Shown: piece by piece, positions 20,477 to 28,281 of the stretch | How positions within the stretch are numbered: the stretch's first letter is position 1 | Layout: every line of letters starts with the position of its first letter | From: a virus | Lineage: Duplodnaviria; Caudoviricetes | Virus record (IMG/VR): IMGVR_UViG_3300021181_000004 | Length of the DNA stretch: 64,000 nt | Reading direction: 5' to 3' (one strand) | The notes under the pieces: generated by a model | What the model was told of the DNA's origin: nothing | What the model saw: only the letters and a program-made list of their open reading frames with translations | Databases searched by the model: none | Program-made: the position numbers and the translations under genes

Positions 20477-23400
20477 GTGCCTACCATTACTCTAGAAGAC
20501 ATCCTCACCAATAAAGCGAAAGATAAAATGAAGGCTTCTACTGATTTGTCCAAAATCGCTCGTTTGTTTGAGGCGGGATCCATCATTTCCGATGCAAACG
20601 GCAGCATGTTTCGGGTGCGGGCAAAAACTGCCGGGCCAGGAGGGGTTGTCTTCAAACTTGCAGACATGCAAGGTAAGCCAGTTCCTACCCCTACTGATTT
20701 TCATCCTATCAATCATTACGCGGCAAAACTAGCGAAGTGGATGCGTTTTGTAGTTGCCTACAATGCGGATTGGGATCAGTACGTAAAGGAGTACATCCGA
20801 GCAGCTGGTCTCCCGGTAGATGAATCCTACAATTGGGCAAAGTGGTTTCAAGCTAAATTCCTCCCTAAACTTAAAGGTGATGATGAGGTAAAAGATGAAG
20901 CGATTCATCACACAATCGTCACGGCTCTTGCTCACCGCAAAGCTCTAGATCCAAACAATCCCTCGGGGTTTCAGAATGTCATCAAACGGTTCCCAGCGGG
21001 TGTCCAAAGTCTCCCACTAGAAAAACAGGTCACACAATTCCTGCTGACCCTGTTTAGTGGTCGTGTGCAAGAAGCCAATCAATTTATTGATAAAGTCCAG
21101 CGCCCGGATAGTGATTCTATAAGCGAGCCAACCAAGGATGACCCCAACGAAAATGGACGCAATGCTATTGATGTTCAGAACTATGCCACTCCATCTGGCG
21201 AACAAGCAACCAATTTTCGCATGGATATGGCAAAGTTCAGTAAGGCATTCGCTGGCTGGCTCCGCAAAAACGAGCATGGAGAAGCTGCAGTAAACTATCT
21301 CCATCTGTTGAACGCCGTAATCTATTTCGTTTTACATGCGAAGCAGGAACCTAAGATCAGTGACATCAGTCCATTGTGGAGTCGGTTGACTCAGAATGAG
21401 AAGCATCCTAAGGGTCTGGGTTTTGATTCTTTGAAGACATATTGGGGTAAGTTTGCCCAATTGGTGAAGAAGTTTGTTGAAGATTCTGCTGGAGAGTTAG
21501 AAGACAATCCTCTGGTAGCAATTGTGGAACGCATGCCCGATGTTAACAAGGCTATGCCAGCCAAAGCTTCGTCATTGCTGAAAGGCTTGAAAGTTGCGGA
21601 CGTGGAGCAATGTTCAGCTAATGAGTTTTGTCCTCAATGTCATGCTGATGCGGAACATTGCAAGTGCCCCAATAAAGAGAGTCTCCTTGATGGAAAAACT
21701 ACAGGAGATCATGAGGCAGCGGGCTTTGGAGAGAACAGTGACGGTCAGATCATTCAAGCCTATTGCCCACTCTGCGGTAGCTCTCCTGTATATCAAGAAG
21801 ACCCGGCAGCAGGTGCTCCTACGCCGTACTATTGCCATTTCTGTAATCGTGGTTTTGATCAACCTAAGCCTCTGATCCCTGGTCACAGTTATGATCCTGA
21901 GCGTCTGAACAAGAAAGGCGAAGTGGACGCTGGTGGAGCAAAGTACGTGGGTGACAATGATCCAGAGAAGATGGGTGGGAAGACTGCAGACGACGTAAGT
22001 GGGGACTTCTCCGAAGCCAAAGCTGAGGTTGTCTCTCCTGACACGGTGGATAATGACATCAAGCAATCAACTGAACCTATCGAGAAGCAGGGTAGTGAAT
22101 CTCTGGGTATAGGCGATTTAGTAGAACTCATGGGGCAAACTTATGAGATTGGTTTTATTAAACAGGATAATGCTAAACTACAAAATCCCAATACTCATGA
22201 ACGTATTTCACAAGGTTATGCTTCAAACTGGATTCCTTTAAAAAATCTTCATTTTATAAAGAAGTATAATCCAGAAGCTGACCGTACAAAGCAGGGCCGA
22301 CTTGACACTCCTGCTGTGACTTCAGATCCTGCACGTGCTCCTGGTGTGGAAGGAGATTTTGCTCAGGCTAAATCGAATACAGTTTCTGTGGATACAATCG
22401 ATAAAGATATTCACCAACGTACTGTATCCCCGGCTGAAGCAGCCAAGGTTGCGTCTCAGGGCGGACACCCGCAATCCTGTTGGGGATGTGGTCCTGACTG
22501 GAGTCATCGCTGGCAGGAAGAAGATCTCGCTGCTGTAAAAATTGAAGGCGAGACTTATCGCATCTGCCCTGATTGTATTGAAGATGTAGGGCCAGAGAAT
22601 CTAGAATTCGACAATACCCCTGATGAAGGATCTGATGTATCCGTATCCATAGACAGTTTGAGGCCACGTGAAAGCGCCATGGAAAAAGAGGCAGGGCCGT
22701 TTGATCTTCAAAATTCTCCGAGTGATTATAGCAAGGGTGCTCCGAGCAATGAAGGTCCAGATGAAAATCCCAACGAATGCCCGGAATGTGAACACGAGCT
22801 GCCCCATGATCCACGCTACGGTTGTGAACACGAGTTTGGGGACATGCCTGGTGGAGAAGGCGATTTCGGACCTTATGGTGCTCAAGCTCGCGGGCCGTGT
22901 GGTTGTATGTATGGTATCAAGACAGGCAGTATGCGTCTGGCAGCTCTAAAGACCGCAGTTCTTCCTCACGAGTTTACTAATGGTATCCGCTCACAGACCA
23001 ATGTGCAGGATACTGGAAGGCTGGAGGGGGATACAGGGCCACAATCTCCAAGTGAACGTGATCCTAATTGGCGAGTTACTGGTGCAGAATGGGATCCAGA
23101 CACCAAATCATATTCTCATCCTGACAATTGCTCGGAGTGTGGTGGTTCGGGTGTGAAATCAGCTCCTCCCGCAGCCGCCGATACAACTTTCCAGGGTGCA
23201 GGTCCATGCCCCGTATGCCAGGGCAGTGGAAAGATAGATAAAAAAGGTGCAGCGGCTCCTCCCTCCAACCCCGGCGTTGGTGGCGCAGCGGGCTTGACGC
23301 CGAATCAGAATCCAAACGCAAATATTCCCAATCAGAAGCAAGCTCCTCCCGTACCCTCTGATCTGGAAGAGAGAATGGACGTTTTGGAACAATCAAAAGA

Positions 23401-24475
23401 GAAGCATACTGTCCCACCCGATCTTCCGTTCTCAAAACTCCATCTGCAATCGTTGAAAACAAAGGTGCAGGCAGCGAGCATGATTGTAGCAGGCGCGAAC
23501 CGTGATATCATCAAGAAGCTTGAAGATGCAATGATTTTCGATCGCGTGGGTTGGTCTGGGAAGTTTCAAGAGTACATCTGCAAAGAAACCTATTTCTACA
23601 CTCATGGGCGGAACGAAGACAAGCTGGCTGAGGCGGTCAAGCGCCTCATCCCTGAGGCAGTGATTACAAGTGCTCGTAACTATTGGCATTCATGGCCTAA
23701 AGAAAGCTATTGGGAAGTTCGTTTCAAAGTTCCACCGAATTCTGAAAACACCACTCCGGCAACTACGGAAACCAATGAACAGGAGACAGTTATGGCAGAA
23801 CCCAAGACTCAAGGTGCAGTTGCTTCGCAGAAACGAGCATCTGTCCTCGAAAAAATTAAGGCTCGCAGGACGGCAAAGGATAATGCTAAATGGGCACAGC
23901 TCCGCCGTGTAGCAGATGAGAATTCCCCCCAGGCGGCTGAGGCATTAGATCAGCTTGCGCAAGCGTTTGGTGAGCTTGCAGACCGCGTAGATGCTTTCCG
24001 TGAGAATTTGGATCTAGTTGATGCCCCGGTCACTGCATCTCTAAAGACTCGTATTGCTGCGAAGCGTGCATTGGGAACTCGTTTGAAGAAATATGCTGAA
24101 GAAAGTCCGCAGATTCTAGCAGATGCTGTGAACGAATTATTCAAATCCCTGGACGAAGTTGCTGCAGGTGTAGAAGCATTTGCTGATAACATGGGGATCG
24201 AACTCAATATGACCCCGGTAGAAGAAGCTTTTGTAGATGAAGGCCAAGCTGAAATCGAACATGGGGAAGAGATGGGCGAAGAAATGGCTGGTGGTGAAGA
24301 AAGTGAAGGAGCACTATCCCAAATACATGGTGACTTCGGACATTCAGTAGAAGCGAATTCCGGCTCCGGCGCGAAAGGTTGGACAAACGATCGCGATGAA
24401 TCTGGGCAGCCAAAGTCACCTACCAAGGTAGACCAGATGCCTACGACTTCCCAAGGTCAGACACCGCCGAAGTAA
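20477..24475 (+). CDS. Giant K-x-A mosaic polyprotein (1332 aa)
   Basis: Helical N-terminal ~370 aa, then Zn-ribbon, SH3-like and acidic modules separated by KVA/KTA/KEA motifs; GTG start with AAGGGA upstream. Confidence 0.75.
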   Translation: MPTITLEDILTNKAKDKMKASTDLSKIARLFEAGSIISDANGSMFRVRAKTAGPGGVVFKLADMQGKPVPTPTDFHPINHYAAKLAKWMRFVVAYNADWDQYVKEYIRAAGLPVDESYNWAKWFQAKFLPKLKGDDEVKDEAIHHTIVTALAHRKALDPNNPSGFQNVIKRFPAGVQSLPLEKQVTQFLLTLFSGRVQEANQFIDKVQRPDSDSISEPTKDDPNENGRNAIDVQNYATPSGEQATNFRMDMAKFSKAFAGWLRKNEHGEAAVNYLHLLNAVIYFVLHAKQEPKISDISPLWSRLTQNEKHPKGLGFDSLKTYWGKFAQLVKKFVEDSAGELEDNPLVAIVERMPDVNKAMPAKASSLLKGLKVADVEQCSANEFCPQCHADAEHCKCPNKESLLDGKTTGDHEAAGFGENSDGQIIQAYCPLCGSSPVYQEDPAAGAPTPYYCHFCNRGFDQPKPLIPGHSYDPERLNKKGEVDAGGAKYVGDNDPEKMGGKTADDVSGDFSEAKAEVVSPDTVDNDIKQSTEPIEKQGSESLGIGDLVELMGQTYEIGFIKQDNAKLQNPNTHERISQGYASNWIPLKNLHFIKKYNPEADRTKQGRLDTPAVTSDPARAPGVEGDFAQAKSNTVSVDTIDKDIHQRTVSPAEAAKVASQGGHPQSCWGCGPDWSHRWQEEDLAAVKIEGETYRICPDCIEDVGPENLEFDNTPDEGSDVSVSIDSLRPRESAMEKEAGPFDLQNSPSDYSKGAPSNEGPDENPNECPECEHELPHDPRYGCEHEFGDMPGGEGDFGPYGAQARGPCGCMYGIKTGSMRLAALKTAVLPHEFTNGIRSQTNVQDTGRLEGDTGPQSPSERDPNWRVTGAEWDPDTKSYSHPDNCSECGGSGVKSAPPAAADTTFQGAGPCPVCQGSGKIDKKGAAAPPSNPGVGGAAGLTPNQNPNANIPNQKQAPPVPSDLEERMDVLEQSKEKHTVPPDLPFSKLHLQSLKTKVQAASMIVAGANRDIIKKLEDAMIFDRVGWSGKFQEYICKETYFYTHGRNEDKLAEAVKRLIPEAVITSARNYWHSWPKESYWEVRFKVPPNSENTTPATTETNEQETVMAEPKTQGAVASQKRASVLEKIKARRTAKDNAKWAQLRRVADENSPQAAEALDQLAQAFGELADRVDAFRENLDLVDAPVTASLKTRIAAKRALGTRLKKYAEESPQILADAVNELFKSLDEVAAGVEAFADNMGIELNMTPVEEAFVDEGQAEIEHGEEMGEEMAGGEESEGALSQIHGDFGHSVEANSGSGAKGWTNDRDESGQPKSPTKVDQMPTTSQGQTPPK
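20742..20791. repeat. 50-bp inverted repeat, copy A
   Basis: tgcgttttgtagttgcctacaatgcggattgggatcagtacgtaaaggag matches the reverse complement of 24705-24754 at 49/50. Confidence 0.9.
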
Positions 24476-24755
24476 CTTGACTTAGCGTATCTACGAATTG
24501 TTTGGCCTCTGAAGTAACTTGACTTAGCGTATCTACGAATTGTTTGGCCTCAAGCAAACCAGCAGCAGTTATTTCACGAACTAATTTGATAGCCGGGATA
24601 TTACCTTCATTCAGTAATGTGCGTCTGATTCCTAGCAGTTGATTTTTGGTAAGATCAGAGATAGAATTTGCACGGCCAAGATTAAATGCCAGTAGTGAGA
24701 CTTGCTCCTTTACGTACTGATCCCAATCCGCATTGTAGGCAACCACAAAACGCAC
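24441..24755 (-). CDS. Ribosomal protein bL12 (L7/L12) C-terminal-like domain ORF, possibly a disrupted gene
   Basis: NIPAIKLVREITAAGLLEAKQFVD matches the KI.AIK.VR..TG.GL.EAK..V motif; N-terminus comes from repeat copy B. Confidence 0.65.
   Translation of the reverse strand: MRFVVAYNADWDQYVKEQVSLLAFNLGRANSISDLTKNQLLGIRRTLLNEGNIPAIKLVREITAAGLLEAKQFVDTLSQVTSEAKQFVDTLSQVTSAVSDLGKS
24469..24551. repeat. Tandem duplication, 42-bp period
   Basis: gaagtaacttgacttagcgtatctacgaattgtttggcctc at 24469 and 24511; gives EAKQFVDTLSQVTS twice. Confidence 0.95.
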
Positions 24756-24891
24756 TACGCCCTTCGTCTACACCACGCTCGAAGGCGTCGCGCATAGCAG
24801 CCTGCATCTGTGTTATCAACACATTCTGTATGGTTTCAGACATCCAATTGAAGCTGCGAACAAGCTCGCAGAATTCATCGTGACGATTCAT
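24682..24891 (-). CDS. Hypothetical protein (possible 5' half of the bL12-like gene)
   Basis: 69 aa, GGAG SD and upstream TAGAAT; runs through repeat copy B out of frame with the bL12-like ORF. Confidence 0.5.
   Translation of the reverse strand: MNRHDEFCELVRSFNWMSETIQNVLITQMQAAMRDAFERGVDEGRSAFCGCLQCGLGSVRKGASLTTGI
24705..24754. repeat. 50-bp inverted repeat, copy B
   Basis: Reverse complement encodes the same RFVVAYNADWDQYVKE as the 1332-aa gene. Confidence 0.9.
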
Positions 24892-24906
24892 TTGTTTTCT
24901 CCAATT

Positions 24907-25650
24907 CTATTCTACTGCTGCCATAGCCAACTCGGGTAACTTCAACTCGGGTACTTCAACCGGAGGCTGCAATTGATGAACAGGTACAATATCGATCAGC
25001 TTATCCGCCTTGTGCCCGTTACAAATAGAACACATGGTCTGATAGTTGCTCATGATGTCTAAACCGCCCTTGGCTCGAGGTATGATGTGATCTTTGGTCA
25101 TCAGCACTTCTTGCAAACCGCCGTCGGGCAAAAGTTTTAGTGCATACATGTTTAGATGCCAAGAGGATTGTTCCGTGTTCATTGCTCGGTACTCAGTCGT
25201 GTGACGATGGCCGTTTTCAGTCGGAATTTTAACCATCTTAGCACTACGCTCTTTGGCAAAGTATAATCCTTCCAGCCCACAACGAACACAGAAGTAGTTC
25301 TGACGGAACAGAAAGTATCTTTGAGATACCAACCTGATCCAGTCACCGTTGAATTCTCGTTTTTGATAAAGAAAGTTGAAGACATCTTCTCGATTGAAGA
25401 TACCATCGCGTTCATAGCCGCCCGTAAATCCTGTAAATTTCAAAAGGAATTGACCAAAGCAGGGTTTGACATTGGCTTGCTTGGGCCAGGGTGGGAATTG
25501 AATGCTCAACTGCCGCCAGCGCGGTGGGTTTGGAAATAAAAGAAACTGAATGGGATCAGGCCGCGTCGGGAGGGCCACTCTCCGTTGCTTCTTGCTTTTT
25601 TGTTGCGGCAAGACTATTTTGTTGCCGCGCTTCTTGTGCTTGTTAGACAT
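24907..25650 (-). CDS. HNH endonuclease-domain protein
   Basis: CVRCG ... MTKDHIIPRAKGGLD..SNYQTMCSICNGHKAD. Confidence 0.85.
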   Translation of the reverse strand: MSNKHKKRGNKIVLPQQKSKKQRRVALPTRPDPIQFLLFPNPPRWRQLSIQFPPWPKQANVKPCFGQFLLKFTGFTGGYERDGIFNREDVFNFLYQKREFNGDWIRLVSQRYFLFRQNYFCVRCGLEGLYFAKERSAKMVKIPTENGHRHTTEYRAMNTEQSSWHLNMYALKLLPDGGLQEVLMTKDHIIPRAKGGLDIMSNYQTMCSICNGHKADKLIDIVPVHQLQPPVEVPELKLPELAMAAVE

Positions 25651-25752
25651 TTCCCTAGCTTCGGCAAGAACCCATCACGGTTCTTCGTGAACGTTTGTTC
25701 AGTTCGCACTGAATTCTCTCGGTGGGACTTATGCTTGTAAATCTTGTGCTCA

Positions 25753-26211
25753 TTAGAGTGAAGCCGCCGCAGACTTGGATTGAATTTTGGATTCGAGGGC
25801 GGCAACCTTGGCTCTTAGTTCCTCGTAGCTCATCTTCTTTTCTGAGATCACCTGAAATGGCTTGTCCCACCGACCGATGTGAATGTAGGCGTAGTGACCA
25901 ACATTGAAGTAATCGGACATAATGTCCGACTTGTCCCAGTTGCCGGTATTCATTGCGTCGCGAATCTTTTTGAAGATTTCCAACAGGTCGCCAGAGAATT
26001 GCCCTTCCAGACAGAACTCGTTTAGTTGGATGTAACCATTCGACCAGCTGCTGTGCCCAGAATGGGCTGCAAACAGATCAATCGGGGCGGCCATAATTCG
26101 AAGAGTAATGCTGGAGTGATGAACACTTAGACTGTACTTCCAGTCAGCAGGAATTACTTTCTTCAGCTCGACGACGATTTTTGCTTTCTTCTCCTGATTC
26201 AGGAACGCCAT
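25753..26211 (-). CDS. LPD29-like (polyvalent-protein-associated) protein
   Basis: KYSLSVHHSSI...NWDKSDIMSDYFNVGHYAYIHIG; ATG 26211 with GGAGG upstream. Confidence 0.6.
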   Translation of the reverse strand: MAFLNQEKKAKIVVELKKVIPADWKYSLSVHHSSITLRIMAAPIDLFAAHSGHSSWSNGYIQLNEFCLEGQFSGDLLEIFKKIRDAMNTGNWDKSDIMSDYFNVGHYAYIHIGRWDKPFQVISEKKMSYEELRAKVAALESKIQSKSAAASL

Positions 26212-26325
26212 TTGTATTCCCTCCATTCACATGCTACGGACGGACGCTGAACTTCGGGTAGATTTAGTCCTTAATTTTGGTACGTGCGCCTCCCTGATTC
26301 TTACGTGCGCCTCACCTTCGTCTTT

Positions 26326-27654
26326 TCATTCAGAAACTTCTAGTACAGGTGCTTCCGATGTTCGGCGAGTACGATAGGGCTTGCGTTGCTTCGGGACTTC
26401 TGCATTGTTCATGAAAGCATCGCGCAAGATCCTGATCCTATTACGTGCACGATTGAATGCTGCTTCATCACAATTCAAGAATTGAGCGGCCTCGTTGAAA
26501 GTTCCTGTTGCTGCAATGGCCTCCATTACGGGGACTAGTTGGGGGTCATGCTTTTCCAAGAAGGTGGCGAATTCTCTTAGAAAGACGCGGTTTTCATGTT
26601 TGGTCTGCTCTTGATGCGAAATATGCATGAGATGCGAACTGTTGGTATGGACATATTCGTCATCCACAACCTCATAATTTTCGGGGTCTAATTGCGTGGA
26701 TAGCGAATAGTTCCCAGGTCTACAAATTGGATTTTTGTTGCGCTTGCTCATGATCGTATTGAATCTGTTGGCAAGGCAATTGTTAACGTAGTTTCGGAAT
26801 CGTTTCTCCGAGGCTCCATATTGGAGCTCTGGGTTAAACGTCTGAATCACGTCTTGCATGCCTGCCAACCGCCATTTACTGCGTTCAGGCAGGTACTTCA
26901 TGTGCAGCAGCAACTCCATCTCCCAGTCCTCTACATCTTCGTCCACAATGTATTTATGCAGCCGTTTTTTGACCCAATTACGAATATAATGAGGCCAACG
27001 TTCCCAGAATTCTTCAAAATTGCGTGGCACGCAGAAGCCATCATCTCCAATGAAATGGTTTGTTTCCTGATCGATGGAAAATTTATCACCTGTGTATTTT
27101 GCATCAGTTTGCACGTTCTCAGTTTTGTGTTCTAAGACGTCGAGTATCAGGTCATCCACGTTATCTGTGTCGATTTTTACCGTAATAACGGGATCGTCAG
27201 AACGGTCAAGACGAGATTCAAGCTGAGGATCGCTCGCAAGGTTCCAGACTCCATTAGTATGGCCACCCGTTAGAGTTCCTGAAATAGGAAGGCCAAATGG
27301 CGGAACACCCACGATGCGCAATGCGTCGTTCCAAGGGATTACTATTGCATCTTTGTATTCTATTTTTCCTGCGATTTCTTCAACAAGCACAGCAAATCGA
27401 GGGAGAATACGACCTTCCCACAATTTCTTGTTCTTGCTGATAGCAAGTTCCTGCCAATAGTTTAATCTTTTGGCGGGTTCTAATTTCTCTGGATGCTCCC
27501 TGCGTGGCCAAAAAGTTCCTTCAGGAAGAGGGGTATAGGCAAATTTTAACAAAGCGGCATCCACTAACCCGCCTTGCAAATTGATTTTTATGGAGCGGTT
27601 CGGAGCAAGGACTTTGAAGACAGATGTAGCTTGAAACAAATCTGAAACGAACAT
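26326..27654 (-). CDS. Sigma70/ECF-like RNA polymerase sigma factor with unknown N-terminal domain
   Basis: C-terminal half DVEDWEMELLLH...FRNYVNNCLANRFNTI (region 2-like) and TFNEAAQFLNCDEAAFNRARNRIR (region 4 HTH). Confidence 0.6.
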   Translation of the reverse strand: MFVSDLFQATSVFKVLAPNRSIKINLQGGLVDAALLKFAYTPLPEGTFWPRREHPEKLEPAKRLNYWQELAISKNKKLWEGRILPRFAVLVEEIAGKIEYKDAIVIPWNDALRIVGVPPFGLPISGTLTGGHTNGVWNLASDPQLESRLDRSDDPVITVKIDTDNVDDLILDVLEHKTENVQTDAKYTGDKFSIDQETNHFIGDDGFCVPRNFEEFWERWPHYIRNWVKKRLHKYIVDEDVEDWEMELLLHMKYLPERSKWRLAGMQDVIQTFNPELQYGASEKRFRNYVNNCLANRFNTIMSKRNKNPICRPGNYSLSTQLDPENYEVVDDEYVHTNSSHLMHISHQEQTKHENRVFLREFATFLEKHDPQLVPVMEAIAATGTFNEAAQFLNCDEAAFNRARNRIRILRDAFMNNAEVPKQRKPYRTRRTSEAPVLEVSE

Positions 27655-27763
27655 TAAACCTCCACAAACGGATTACTGAGATTTTACAATCCCATGTATC
27701 AATATAACATTCTACGGGACTGCGGGTTGCTTCGGGTATGCTACTTTAATGGGAGCAGAAAAA

Positions 27764-28243
27764 CTACTTGTTTTTGACCGCGACTTCATTTGCATTGACT
27801 CTTGCTTGCATGGCATAATCTACGCGAGCTTGCTTCTCTAGATGAGATTTTAGAGCAGCTTCCGCAGCTTCTGCTTCTAAAATATCCACCGGATCTTTAG
27901 TGAGATCAGCTACTTGTCGTGATTTTTCAGCTGTTATGCGCAGCTGTTGAGACATGGCGTTATTCACCAGGACATGTGTATCATCGCTAATCTGCTGGAT
28001 AGATTCTAATTTGGAACCAAGTTGATTGTTAGCGGTTACCAGATCTGTTTTGACTTTTTCTACTTGTACAGCGGCATTGGTCGCCGCATTATCCGCTTTT
28101 GTCGCGGCTGCTGTCTGATTCTTTTTTAGGGTGCTAAGTCCAGTCCATGCGACAATCAAAGTAGCCAGACTGCTAATTATCACAGGAATTTCTGTCAGCC
28201 AGAGTTGAGCGGTTGTCATGGGTACAGCGTCGGGAAGTGTCAT
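27764..28243 (-). CDS. Single-TM coiled-coil protein (holin-like candidate)
   Basis: IPVIISSLATLIVAWTGL TM then coiled coil; AGGAG SD; late motif at 28268. Confidence 0.5.
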   Translation of the reverse strand: MTLPDAVPMTTAQLWLTEIPVIISSLATLIVAWTGLSTLKKNQTAAATKADNAATNAAVQVEKVKTDLVTANNQLGSKLESIQQISDDTHVLVNNAMSQQLRITAEKSRQVADLTKDPVDILEAEAAEAALKSHLEKQARVDYAMQARVNANEVAVKNK

Positions 28244-28267
28244 ATTTCTCCTAGTCAATCTGTAAAG

Positions 28268-28279
28268 GGGTTAGAAAGT
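28268..28279 (-). promoter_or_regulatory. Putative late promoter motif ACTTTCTAACCC
   Basis: Identical to the 6889 and 42350 copies. Confidence 0.6.
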
Positions 28280-28281
28280 GC

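Noticed and set aside
20741-24755. Diversity-generating retroelement TR/VR pair (both differences are A in copy A, G in copy B)
   Set aside because: Only 50 bp, most adenines unchanged, differences synonymous or at the start codon, and no reverse transcriptase in the window.
24933-24960. Short imperfect repeat (PELKLPEL) and the GCTAAC x3 run near 8278
   Set aside because: Ordinary low-complexity slippage in linkers; too short to interpret.
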